Below are positions 1 to 9,361 of a stretch of DNA of 64,000 nt, one piece after another. The notes beneath the pieces are model-generated. The model worked only from the letters and a program-made list of their open reading frames with translations. It made no database searches and was not told where the DNA came from. How positions within the stretch are numbered: position 1 is the stretch's first letter; every line of letters begins with the position of its first letter. Position numbers and translations under genes: made by a program. This DNA comes from Pseudomonadota bacterium (GTDB lineage: Bacteria > Myxococcota > JACRCW01 > JAFGSX01): positions 64,001-128,000 of the forward strand of contig JBDRCO010000113.1 of the NCBI GenBank assembly GCA_043821645.1, in the 5' to 3' direction.

Positions 1-427
1 CCGGCGTCGAGGAGCCCTGTCAGATCAAAAGGACAGCCACCCACCAGGCCCGTCAAAGCCAGCACTGCGCTCAACCCGATCTTCGATCTCAGCATGATAA
101 CCTCGTGTGAAAACAGACAGTTAATGGACTCGAACCCCTCCGGGGCCCGGCAATATAACTGTGACCTGGAAATTGTCCATCGCCTTGGCGCTGCTGCCAG
201 GCTGTGCCTGCACCCACCCGGCCGGGGGGCAGAGATCTACAGTCCCAAGCGTCGAAGCACATTCGAACGGCAGTGCTGGCTAATTCCTGCTGCCCGTGCT
301 CTGGTGCGACCCGCTCGCCACAACTGACGCCATTCTGGCGTCTTGGATTTCTGCCAGGCCTCCTCGCAGAACAAGTGACGACAAAACCGAGGCTGCCCAG
401 GGCAGCGAGAATGGAGCGTAGTAGATC

Positions 428-742
428 ATGGCGAAGAAGCTTTATGTCGGTGGCCTCAGCTGGGACACCAATGATCAGGGCCTGCGTCAGGCATTCGAGC
501 AATTTGGCACGGTCAGCGATGCCGTCGTGCTGACCGATCGGGATACCGGCCGTTCGCGTGGTTTCGGCTTCGTCACCTTCGATGACGAGGATGCCGCCCG
601 CGAAGCGATCGAGAAGCTCGATGGGACCGCCCTTGACGGTCGCAACATCAAGGTCAACGAGGCGCAGGACAAGCCCAAGCGCAGCGGCGGCGGCTACGGC
701 GGCGGCGGCGGCGGTGGTGGCGGCGGGCGGGATCGCTGGTAA
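428..742 (+). CDS. RRM-domain RNA-binding protein with Gly-rich tail
   Basis: RNP2 KLYVGGL, RNP1 RGFGFVTF, IKVNEA, GGGG/RDRW tail; GGAG RBS upstream. Confidence 0.95.
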   Translation: MAKKLYVGGLSWDTNDQGLRQAFEQFGTVSDAVVLTDRDTGRSRGFGFVTFDDEDAAREAIEKLDGTALDGRNIKVNEAQDKPKRSGGGYGGGGGGGGGGRDRW

Positions 743-1053
743 CAGCGTCCTCGCGGCCAGTTCTGTGACGACCTCTCGCGCCCCGACCAAGGAGCGCGGC
801 TCGACTTTTTAAAATCCCATTCTCCATATCTGTCGAGCGTGCGCGGCGGCCTGCTGCGACGCCACATTCATGCCTCGGCACCGGGGTCGTGACCGGAGCC
901 CTGCTCGCGCCACCTTGCGATGGAAGATCCGGGTTCCGGCGGGATCCTGAAGCGAGATGCGGCCCCCCTTCAAGCGCGATACCCTGTTGGCGACGGATGA
1001 ATGCCTGACGTCAGGTTCCGTCGCGGCTGGTGCCGCGACCGAAGAGACAGCAG

Positions 1054-3510
1054 ATGAAGCACAACGCGCGAGTGCTGGCCTTGCTGGTGCTGATCGGGAG
1101 TGGGACCCCGGCCTGCGAGCCGGTGCAACAGCCGGTGGCAGACGCGGGCGGCCTGCAGGTCGACGCGACCCGCAGCGATGGCACCCTGGTGACGACGGAC
1201 AGCGCCGGGCTCACCGATGCGTTCTCGGGCCAGGACAGGTCGCAGCACCGCGACGCAGCAGGAGCTGCTGATGCCTCGCCTGCCGGGGACGCGGCGGGTG
1301 GCGATGCGCGTACCTCGGATGCCCACGCCCTCGATGCAGGATCCGCGGACCGAATCGTGGCTGACGCACAGGTACCGGATGGAGACAGACCCGACGCGCA
1401 GACCGCTCTGGACGCTGCCCACCTGGACACACAGGGCGCCGCCCCGGACCTCGCCGCGACCCAGGACGCGGCAACACCGGCGGACGCAGGCCTGTTCGAC
1501 GCGGCCAGCGAGGTCACGGGGCTCTCGATGCGTTACTGGGTCCCAACCTTTTCCGATGATTTTCGTGGCAAGCCCGACACCTCGACCGAAAACAACGAAT
1601 GCTACGACACGATGCAACCGCGCTGCGCGGTGTGGACCGGGAGCCAGGGGAACGACTGTGCGACCCCCTGGGGCGGCGGTGGTCCGGTCGACGGCGCGTA
1701 TTTTTCCCCTCTGCGGGAGAACATGGCGGCAGCGATCGCCGCGCTCGACAGCTCGAGAAACTGGGCGAGCGAGAGCTGGGACGTCGTGCACACCCGTTAC
1801 GCCGAGCTGGTGCAGGAGCGCCTGCGCCACCTCAACAAGTGCGTCTGGACCAGCTACGAACAGCTCAACTGGTGGGGCACGGACTACCAAGGGAACTGGT
1901 CGACGCGCCATGACCCAACCCGGGTGCTGGTGGACCCGGCAGGCAAAGGCTACCTCCACCTCTCCGCAGTGCACGCCCCGGTGCAGGCGAATTGCGTCTA
2001 CGGAGGTGTGGTCTCCGGACCCGGCGAGGTCAATTGCCAGCTCCTGAGCTTCGCAGCGGGCGTGCTGCACGTCGGCGTGAGTTACTGGGTGGACGCCGAC
2101 CCGCGGTGGCCGGGGGTCTACTACGCCGGTGTCAGCGGCACTTGCCCCTACGGTGGCAGCGGGGGATCCCCGAACTGTCTGGTGCATGCCTTCGCACTCG
2201 AGGACATCGAGGCCGGTCCCAGCTACTGGGTCGACAGCAACCCCGCCTTCCCCGGGGTCTACTACGCGAACGACAGCCCCTATCGCTGCCGTGAGAACAC
2301 CGAGTACCCCGGCGGCGGAGTCTTGTTTCGCGCGCTGACCTGTCCCCTGCTGACCGGCGCCATCCAGAGTGCCGACGCTCCGCCTGTGGGGAGCGCGACC
2401 CTGCGCCGCGGCTTCGATCAGCTGCACGGCCGCTTCGAGGCCAAGCTGCGCATCCCGCGTGGACCAGGCGCCTTCCCTGCCGCCTGGTTGATGCCGCGCT
2501 CGGGCGGCTGGCCCTACTCGGGAGGCGAGATCGACATCGTGGAGGCCAGGGACGCGGCCGACGAGGTGTTTCAGACCTACCATCACGGGCGCTGCGTGGC
2601 CGAAGACTGGCTGAGCGAGCTGCTCACGGACCCCGGCAACCCGCTGCTACCCATCGACAGCGGACGCTGTGCCTCGCTGACGGGTTATCGCTCGCTGCAG
2701 TTGAGCAAGGGCGTCACCACGCGCCAGCGCAGCTACGCGCACGGGCCCACCCCTTCCAATGAGTTCTTCACCCGGGACCACGTCTTCGCCGTGGAATGGG
2801 ACGAAGACGAGATCCGGTACTCCATCAACAACGTGCATGTCCACACGGTGACGACGGGTACCGTCGCCGGAAGTGTCCACCTCCTGAACGGGCCAGCCCT
2901 CCCCGTGCTGGGTGCACCCCTGAGCTACCGGACCTTCGCTGCGCACAACCTGCCGACGCAGGCCATGTACTGGATCCTCAACCATTCGGTCTACGTCCCG
3001 TCGACGGGCTGGACGGGCTTCGTGCCGCAGGACCTGCGCGTGGACTATGTGCGGACGCTCCGGGCCTGCACCACGCACGCAGATTTTTGCCCCTGTGGTG
3101 GGCGCTTCGTCGAGGGTACAGGCTGTGTGCTGGACAGCAGCGCGCAGCTCCAGTGCCCTGCGGGCACCACGTCGCCCGGCGTCGTCGACGGCGTGTACGC
3201 GAGTTCCTGTGCACCCACGCGCATGGAATGCGTCGCGGGTGGGGTTCCCTTTGGTCCCAACTGTCAGGTCCACGCCTTTGCCGATGGGGTGCTGCGCAGC
3301 GACGTGAGTTACTGGGCAGACGCCGATCCGCGCTGGCCAGGGGTCTTCTACGCGGGGGTGAACGGGACCTGTCCCCATGGCGGTAGCGGTGGCAACCCGA
3401 ACTGCCAGCTTCTCGGCTTTGCTGGGGACCTGCTCGAGGACGGCGTCATCTACTGGGTGGACAGTGACCCGCGCTGGCCCGGCGTTTACTACGAGCCGGA
3501 CTTCCGCTAG
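1054..3510 (+). CDS. Exported GH16-family glycoside hydrolase with Asp/Ala linker and four Cys/Trp/Tyr repeats
   Basis: Hydrophobic N-terminus ending TPAC; FSDDF, HGRFEAKLRIP, FPAAWL, catalytic EIDIVE (2527-2544), HVFAVEW, DYVR. Confidence 0.85.
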   Translation: MKHNARVLALLVLIGSGTPACEPVQQPVADAGGLQVDATRSDGTLVTTDSAGLTDAFSGQDRSQHRDAAGAADASPAGDAAGGDARTSDAHALDAGSADRIVADAQVPDGDRPDAQTALDAAHLDTQGAAPDLAATQDAATPADAGLFDAASEVTGLSMRYWVPTFSDDFRGKPDTSTENNECYDTMQPRCAVWTGSQGNDCATPWGGGGPVDGAYFSPLRENMAAAIAALDSSRNWASESWDVVHTRYAELVQERLRHLNKCVWTSYEQLNWWGTDYQGNWSTRHDPTRVLVDPAGKGYLHLSAVHAPVQANCVYGGVVSGPGEVNCQLLSFAAGVLHVGVSYWVDADPRWPGVYYAGVSGTCPYGGSGGSPNCLVHAFALEDIEAGPSYWVDSNPAFPGVYYANDSPYRCRENTEYPGGGVLFRALTCPLLTGAIQSADAPPVGSATLRRGFDQLHGRFEAKLRIPRGPGAFPAAWLMPRSGGWPYSGGEIDIVEARDAADEVFQTYHHGRCVAEDWLSELLTDPGNPLLPIDSGRCASLTGYRSLQLSKGVTTRQRSYAHGPTPSNEFFTRDHVFAVEWDEDEIRYSINNVHVHTVTTGTVAGSVHLLNGPALPVLGAPLSYRTFAAHNLPTQAMYWILNHSVYVPSTGWTGFVPQDLRVDYVRTLRACTTHADFCPCGGRFVEGTGCVLDSSAQLQCPAGTTSPGVVDGVYASSCAPTRMECVAGGVPFGPNCQVHAFADGVLRSDVSYWADADPRWPGVFYAGVNGTCPHGGSGGNPNCQLLGFAGDLLEDGVIYWVDSDPRWPGVYYEPDFR

Positions 3511-3625
3511 CGCCTGGGTCCTGACGACGCAGGCACGCCGCCTCGCGCGAGTCTGGCATCGCCGTCCGTGCGGCGAGGGCGACACCTTGCACGTGCCGGC
3601 CTTCGCCCAGGCGAGGAGCCGAGTT

Positions 3626-4255
3626 CTACTCCGCCCCGACGCTGGGAAGCGGCGCTGCGGGCAGCGGGGGCGATGGGCTGAGCACCATGGGCTTGAGCTG
3701 CGGTGCACTGGTGGCGAGCTCGGTGTCCGTCTTGAGCCGCAGCGCCTTACCGCGCACCCTGACGCAGGCGTTCACCTGGCTGAACACCAGCATGTCCGTG
3801 CCATTGACCTCGGCGTGACGACGGGGCGCGATCAAGACGTCTGCGTCCTTGACCTTGCCCAGAGCCTCGTACAGCGCCCGGCGCTCCGCGGCCTGCTCGG
3901 GCGTCCCGTTGGGGTTCACGAAGAGCTGCCCGAAGAACATGTCGAGAGGATTCGCGGCCGGAGCGAGCCCGCCACCCACATTCCCCAGGCCACCCTCCTG
4001 ATACTGGCGCGGATCGGGATCGCGCATGCAGATTCCGATGAAGCAGGTTTCCTTGACGCACCCCTCGCCTTCGACCGCGTCGAGGATCTCGTACTGCCCC
4101 CGGGACAGTGGTGCCAGACCGCTGTTCTCGCCGAAACCCGCCACCGGCACCGCGGGCAGCAAGGCCCCCTTGCCCGCCGTGACGCAGCCTGCTCCGGCGC
4201 CGAGAAGAACGCAGACCCCCAGCACCACCGTCGTGCCCCGACACCAGGACCGCAT
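3626..4255 (-). CDS. Hypothetical lipoprotein
   Basis: GGAGG RBS before MRSWCRG; hydrophobic stretch ending GAGC; Pro-rich tail. Confidence 0.7.
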   Translation of the reverse strand: MRSWCRGTTVVLGVCVLLGAGAGCVTAGKGALLPAVPVAGFGENSGLAPLSRGQYEILDAVEGEGCVKETCFIGICMRDPDPRQYQEGGLGNVGGGLAPAANPLDMFFGQLFVNPNGTPEQAAERRALYEALGKVKDADVLIAPRRHAEVNGTDMLVFSQVNACVRVRGKALRLKTDTELATSAPQLKPMVLSPSPPLPAAPLPSVGAE

Positions 4256-4527
4256 GCTTGCCTCCTTGTTACTCCGTGCTGTGCATGATGCGCAGGTCGG
4301 CGAGCCTAGCACAGTCCAGTGCACCGCCTGCCAGTGCGGATTATCACGCGGCAACCGCCTCGAGACCAGCGGGTCGTCGAGCCCCGAGGGACCTCACAGC
4401 CTGGCGTACCCTCAGCCTCGGCAGACGTTATTTGAGAGGTTGCTCCACCAGGATGGGCTACTGTGGACGGAACAGAAGACCACGCTGCGACACGCATTCG
4501 TGTGCACGGCATCAACCGGAGGGGCAG

Positions 4528-4641
4528 ATGGGCGACAAGGGTGGCAAGAAGAACAAGGAAAAGGGTCAGAAGCAGAGCGCCGAGAAACAGAAGCAAAAGG
4601 AGAAGGACAAGTTCGACAAGCAACCCAAACGCAAAGTCTGA
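4528..4641 (+). CDS. Small Lys-rich protein (37 aa, MGDKGGKKNKEK...)
   Basis: Strong GGAGGGG RBS just before ATG 4528; AAG-dominated codons; not listed separately in the ORF track. Confidence 0.7.
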   Translation: MGDKGGKKNKEKGQKQSAEKQKQKEKDKFDKQPKRKV

Positions 4642-4838
4642 GCGCGCTCAAGCTCCGGCGTTCTGACCGACCTGCATTCCTCGACCCGACCGAGACGCGT
4701 GCGCGGGCTCGGTGTGTCCGGCTGCGCCGGAACGAAAGAACTCACCTCTTCGAGGCGCGACAGGCACAAGCACGCTATCCCGGAAGCCCTGCGTCAAACC
4801 TGAAACCTGTACCCTGTCTCGCGCCGTGACCAGTGGCC

Positions 4839-4868
4839 TTGACGCTGCTTCTTTTGCGCCCCTACCAT
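4839..4868 (+). promoter_or_regulatory. Putative sigma70-type promoter for CDS 4897
   Basis: TTGACG-N18-TACCAT ending 28 nt before the ATG. Confidence 0.45.
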
Positions 4869-4896
4869 CGAGGTTCAACCCGCTGCTGGAGATCTC

Positions 4897-5853
4897 ATGT
4901 CGGTCCTGAATCGTGCTCCCAAGGTCACGCAGTTCGTGGAGGCCTGGTCCCAGCGCTTCGAGCGTGCCGTCAAGGACGCGGCCGGGCGCGATGGCCGGCT
5001 GTCGCTCAACGAGGCGCGTTCCATCGCCGAGCGCGACGACGGGCTCAGGTTGTGGGCCGATAATGCGGTCAACTACCTCGAGAGCAAGGGTCAGCAGACG
5101 GTCTCGGTGCGCAAGCTGCTGGGAGCTGCCGAGCGCTATGCCTTCGCTTCGGCCACCCGCATCGCGGGCTCCAACCAGCAGATCTCACTGCTCGAAGCCC
5201 GGCTGTTGCCCCCGGATCTGGTGGACGACTTCTTCATGCTACGAGGACAACGCGCCGCCGAGGTCGACCCCCTCGCTCAACCCGCCGCGCCGCGCATCGA
5301 GGTGCACGCCGAGCCTCCGATCACGGCCTCGGTGGACGGCGATAGCATCACACTGCGAGGCAACGGCGCCGCCTTCGGCACCCTGGTCACCATCCGCTTC
5401 GACGACCACGAGGTCGAGGTCAAGAAGGCGCACCGCGGTTTCCTGGCTTACGATCTGTGCGATCGCATGCCCGAGGGCTATTCGGCCGAGGAGATCCGCA
5501 CCCCGGACCTCGACCCGACCACCGTCCGCATCACGCGCGACCCGCCCACCGCACCGACCACGGCCGAGGCACTGATCCTGGCCCGGGAGGGGCTGGCCGA
5601 GTACCTTCGCAACGAGCGTATCGATGACAGAGACTGGAGTGAGTACTACAGCAGCAACTGGGATACACTGGTCGCGGGTGGCATCCTCGACGAGATCGCC
5701 CGCTTTGGAGCCCCCGGGGCCAGTGCTGTCGACGTCTCTCGGCGGCCAGACATGTACGTGTTCTGCGGCCGCGGGCCCAACCAACTTTACACCGAGGTCT
5801 GCGTGGACAAGACCAGTCGCAAGGTGACCAGAGCGTACGTCGAGATCGACTGA
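4897..5853 (+). CDS. Hypothetical protein; N-terminal domain shared with CDS 6994-8331
   Basis: GGAG RBS, host-like codon usage, AAGRDGRLSLNEA motif, no signal peptide. Confidence 0.8.
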   Translation: MSVLNRAPKVTQFVEAWSQRFERAVKDAAGRDGRLSLNEARSIAERDDGLRLWADNAVNYLESKGQQTVSVRKLLGAAERYAFASATRIAGSNQQISLLEARLLPPDLVDDFFMLRGQRAAEVDPLAQPAAPRIEVHAEPPITASVDGDSITLRGNGAAFGTLVTIRFDDHEVEVKKAHRGFLAYDLCDRMPEGYSAEEIRTPDLDPTTVRITRDPPTAPTTAEALILAREGLAEYLRNERIDDRDWSEYYSSNWDTLVAGGILDEIARFGAPGASAVDVSRRPDMYVFCGRGPNQLYTEVCVDKTSRKVTRAYVEID

Positions 5854-6064
5854 ACGCAGTGTCTCCGGACCGTTCCCCGAAAACGGCTCCGGGTGGATAC
5901 AGGGCTGACACTTCGCGCCGGAAGACCGAGTATCGAGGCTTGTCATGTGCCGCCGGCCGGCAGATGACATGGAATCCACAGGCCATCCTGGCGCCATCCT
6001 GGCGCTATGCTGGCACCCCGGCCGCGTTCCTGTGCGCGCCGAATAGACATCGGAGAGTGACTAC

Positions 6065-6253
6065 ATGGTTTCAAAACCCCGACCCACGTTTGCCAAGCGT
6101 CAGAAAGAGATCGACCGTCAGCGCAAGAAAGCGGAAAAGGCTGAAGCGCGTGCCCAGCGCCGCGAGAACAAGGGCGTCGAGCGAGTTGCAGACGGTGAAG
6201 ATCCGGACCTGGCAGGCATCGTCCCCGGGCCGCAGCCCATCCCCGAGGATTGA
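6065..6253 (+). CDS. Small basic helical hypothetical protein
   Basis: GGAG RBS; TFAKRQKEIDRQRKK...DPDLAGIVPGPQP. Confidence 0.75.
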   Translation: MVSKPRPTFAKRQKEIDRQRKKAEKAEARAQRRENKGVERVADGEDPDLAGIVPGPQPIPED

Positions 6254-6254
6254 G

Positions 6255-6857
6255 GTGCACACACTGCTGCCGCCGTTCCTGACGAGGACGAATTCCGTTC
6301 GAAGCGCGCGAGTCATCGTGGTCCTTGGCAGTGTGGCTCTGCTTGCCGCGTGCAAGCCCCGCGGCGGGGGAGGCGACGTGGACCGCCCCCAGCCCGTAGG
6401 CATCGCAGTTGCCGCAAAGTCGCCTGCGCCACCACCCCGGCCGGTCGCGACCCCGACTCGCGGTGGAAAAGACTGGAACGACGCCCAGATCCAGTGGCAA
6501 CCCTTCGACGTCGGCGTGCAGGCCGCACAGGTGCAGAACAAACCAGTCTGCCTGGTGTTCTTCACCGAGTGGTGCCCGCACTGCACCAACTACGCCGCCG
6601 TGTTTCACGACCCCCGCGTGGTCGAACAAGCGAAAAACTTCGTGATGATCCGCCTCGACAAGGACAAGAACAGCGAGATCAGCTCGCGCTTCGCGCCAGA
6701 TGGCGAGTACATCCCGCGGACCTACTTCCTGACCTCCGATGGCACCCTGGACGCGACGATCCAGGTGGCGCGCCCGCAGTTCAAGTATTTCTACGACGAG
6801 AAGAGCCCCGAGGGCATCCTGGCAGGCATGGCGGCCGCGCTCGAGAAACTGAAGTGA
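6255..6857 (+). CDS. Thioredoxin-family lipoprotein
   Basis: LLAAC lipobox; KPVCLVFFTEWCPHC; YIPRTYF cis-Pro motif; GTG start uncertain. Confidence 0.85.
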   Translation: MHTLLPPFLTRTNSVRSARVIVVLGSVALLAACKPRGGGGDVDRPQPVGIAVAAKSPAPPPRPVATPTRGGKDWNDAQIQWQPFDVGVQAAQVQNKPVCLVFFTEWCPHCTNYAAVFHDPRVVEQAKNFVMIRLDKDKNSEISSRFAPDGEYIPRTYFLTSDGTLDATIQVARPQFKYFYDEKSPEGILAGMAAALEKLK

Positions 6858-6993
6858 CGGCTGCCGGCTGCTGAACCACGTCGCCCAAACGCAACATCCT
6901 GCCCTGACGAACGAGGTATCGGATGGCGGCGAGAAGTGCTCCTCGCTTTCCGGGGTCAGCCCCGGTCCCGGACAGACCTGCCAGCGACCTGTC

Positions 6994-8331
6994 TCATCTC
7001 TGGGCGGCGATGAGCGCCTCGATCTCTGCATCGGTGATGGGCAGGCCCTCGATCTGGGCCGCGTCCATCACAGCGCGCGCCGCGGTCTCGTCGAGAATGC
7101 CGTCCTTGAGAAGCTTCGCCGCCGCAATCGCGTAGTTGTCGACCACGTGCATGCCGGCCGTACGAGCCGCGTCGCTGCTCTTCACGTTGTGCAGCACCAC
7201 GGCGAGCACTCGGTCGGGATAGGCGGTGCGGATGCGCGCGTAGACCTCGGGATCACGATGGTTGGTGTCGCCGAACAGCACGAACTTCTGGTCCCCGGTG
7301 GCCTCGAAGATCTTCTCGATGTCCCGAACCTTCTCGTCCTCGGCGATCCAGGGCAGCGGGCTGGTTCCGGTGAGGATCGGCCCGGCAGGCAGCCGGTGCA
7401 GGTCAAGCCAGGGAGGCACCACAGCCGCGCTGTCCGGGTCCCGCGCGGTCACGTAGTGCATGTCCCCAGGCGCCCCCGAATGGTCGAGGCGCGACTCGAG
7501 GATGCGAAACAGCGTCGCCACGCCGGGGTAGGGGTCCTTGAGCGGTGCACCGTTCGACGACGGTGGCAGCACGGTCTTGTCGATATCGGAGATGATGCCG
7601 AGCTCGGCAGCGCGACCAGTGAGGGCCTTGGCTGCCGCCTCGAGCTCGCTCCTCTTCAGGTAGCGGTTGCCGTCGGCGTCATGGCGCGTCGCCACCGCCA
7701 GCAAGGCGTCGCGGTCGGTGATACCGAAGCTGCTCATCACCCGGGTGAGGACGCTCTCGGAAAAAGCCAGCGCCGGACCCGCTGGAGCCTGCGTGAGTTC
7801 CCGGGCCGCTGCCTCGAGCTCGCTCTTCTTCAGATAGAGATTGCCATCGTCGAGAAGGAGGGCGCGCTCGAGGAGCGCTCCCGCATCCTGTATCCCATGG
7901 CGCGTGCAGACGTCCCGGAACACCGCCTCGGAGAAGGCCACGCCAGGATGTGGTGGGATGACGAGTCCGCTCCCGGCCTCGCGCAACGCGAAGAACGCGA
8001 GCCGCAGATCGGCAGGCAGGGCCTGCAGGTCTGCCGATGACAACCGACCGTCGGCGCCAGCGGCGGCACTGGCGGCGTTCTGGACACGGTCGGTCGCCGC
8101 GGCCACGAAGGCCGCCACCGTCGGAGTGCTGGTGCCCGTGATCGTGGCAGCGTCCTTGAGCAGCGTGCGCGCGTGGGCCTCCATCCCGTCGAGAGCGTCG
8201 ATGCGGCCTGCGTCGGAAGCATCGAGCACGCCATCGCGGCCCGCAGCTTTCTCCGCCGCGGGAGCGAGAATGTTCTCTGCCATGGCCTCGGCGAAGGTGC
8301 GCGGCGAAGGTGACGACGAGATCTTGCTCAT
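6994..8331 (-). CDS. App1/DUF2183-like HAD phosphatase with N-terminal shared domain and EF-hand-like repeats
   Basis: IISDIDKT (DxDxT), PYPGVATLF, HYVTAR, KFVLFGDTNHRDPEVY. Confidence 0.8.
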   Translation of the reverse strand: MSKISSSPSPRTFAEAMAENILAPAAEKAAGRDGVLDASDAGRIDALDGMEAHARTLLKDAATITGTSTPTVAAFVAAATDRVQNAASAAAGADGRLSSADLQALPADLRLAFFALREAGSGLVIPPHPGVAFSEAVFRDVCTRHGIQDAGALLERALLLDDGNLYLKKSELEAAARELTQAPAGPALAFSESVLTRVMSSFGITDRDALLAVATRHDADGNRYLKRSELEAAAKALTGRAAELGIISDIDKTVLPPSSNGAPLKDPYPGVATLFRILESRLDHSGAPGDMHYVTARDPDSAAVVPPWLDLHRLPAGPILTGTSPLPWIAEDEKVRDIEKIFEATGDQKFVLFGDTNHRDPEVYARIRTAYPDRVLAVVLHNVKSSDAARTAGMHVVDNYAIAAAKLLKDGILDETAARAVMDAAQIEGLPITDAEIEALIAAQR

Positions 8332-8462
8332 GGGGGCTCCCCGACCGGCGCATCGTCCCTCGACGTACCACCGTGGCGACGGATTGTACCGCGGTCATGA
8401 CAGGTTGGAACAGTGGAGGAATCTGGGAATGGCCTGGAAGCAGGCACCAGCGACCATGGGGC

Positions 8463-9263
8463 CTACCGGGTTCCAGCTGGATCAGGCGAGGCCGTTTCAG
8501 CAGACACACCCAGCTCACGGCGCAGCTGCAGATACTCGGGGCTGATCTCGCCGTTGCTGTCCCGGACCGGATACGACACTCGGTGTGGTACGTCGACGGC
8601 GTGGCGCGACAGTTCGTAGACCGACAAAAATGCCGCAGGCCGATCTCGCCTCATCCAGAAGTCAGCTTGCCCGGTGAGGTGCAACCCGTGCTGACTCGCC
8701 GCCTCCAGCACGCGCTCCTGCCACAGCGACTGAAACACCACGTAGAAGCGTCCGTCTGGCGTCAGGGCCCGCGCCGCCGCCTGCATGTAGCCCTCGACGC
8801 CACCGCGCAGTTCGAAGCGGCAGGCCCGGCGCTGGGCATCCTTGGGTAGAACGCCGGCCGTCACGGGAAAGTAGGGCGGCGAGCCCGTGATGAGCTCGTA
8901 TCGCTGCTCCTCGATGGGCAGCTCCCTGAAGTCGCCCCGGGTGATCTGAAACCGGCACGGGTGTCCGGGCAGTTCTCCGATGGCGCGTTGTGCCATGGCG
9001 GCGGATTGAGCCTGCGCTTCGATGCCGTGGACTAGGGCGGGGCGCAGCTTGTGACTGACCATGAACATCACGGAGCCCGTGCCGCACCCCAGATCGAGGT
9101 AGCGCTCGGGCCGCTCGGGATGGCGGTGGGTGGCATACCAGGCCGTGATCAGATCGTCGGTGCTGGTCCGGTGCCCGCCTGTGCGCTGGTACAGATACCA
9201 GTCGCCAATGAGACGATCGCGGCGAGCGTCAGTCGGCCAGCCCTGGGGTTCGGGACAATCCAT
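8463..9263 (-). CDS. SAM-dependent N6-adenine methyltransferase, tRNA1(Val) TrmN6/YfiC-like
   Basis: YQRTGGHRTSTDD, LDLGCGTGSV, GIEAQ, SPPYF, ACRFE. Confidence 0.8.
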   Translation of the reverse strand: MDCPEPQGWPTDARRDRLIGDWYLYQRTGGHRTSTDDLITAWYATHRHPERPERYLDLGCGTGSVMFMVSHKLRPALVHGIEAQAQSAAMAQRAIGELPGHPCRFQITRGDFRELPIEEQRYELITGSPPYFPVTAGVLPKDAQRRACRFELRGGVEGYMQAAARALTPDGRFYVVFQSLWQERVLEAASQHGLHLTGQADFWMRRDRPAAFLSVYELSRHAVDVPHRVSYPVRDSNGEISPEYLQLRRELGVSAETASPDPAGTR

Positions 9264-9361
9264 GCATGAGCAGTCTGCGCGTCTTCTGGACGGGCTGCCA
9301 GTCCTGTCCTGGGAACCGGCCGCCACGGTGCCATCCTGCGCAGGCCAGCGTCACCAAGGGT

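Noticed and set aside
2090-3480. DNA repeat pair in the GH16 gene as a possible DGR template/variable repeat
   Set aside because: Differences are mostly synonymous and not adenine-specific, both copies are coding, and no reverse transcriptase is present
4645-4830. Imperfect inverted repeats suggesting a structured ncRNA
   Set aside because: Pairing is unremarkable at this GC content and I see no match to riboswitch or 6S consensus; needs an Rfam search
8463-9263. Methyltransferase as the cognate DNA methylase for MutH
   Set aside because: Motifs fit the TrmN6/YfiC tRNA methyltransferase family rather than Dam, and it lies 3.6 kb away
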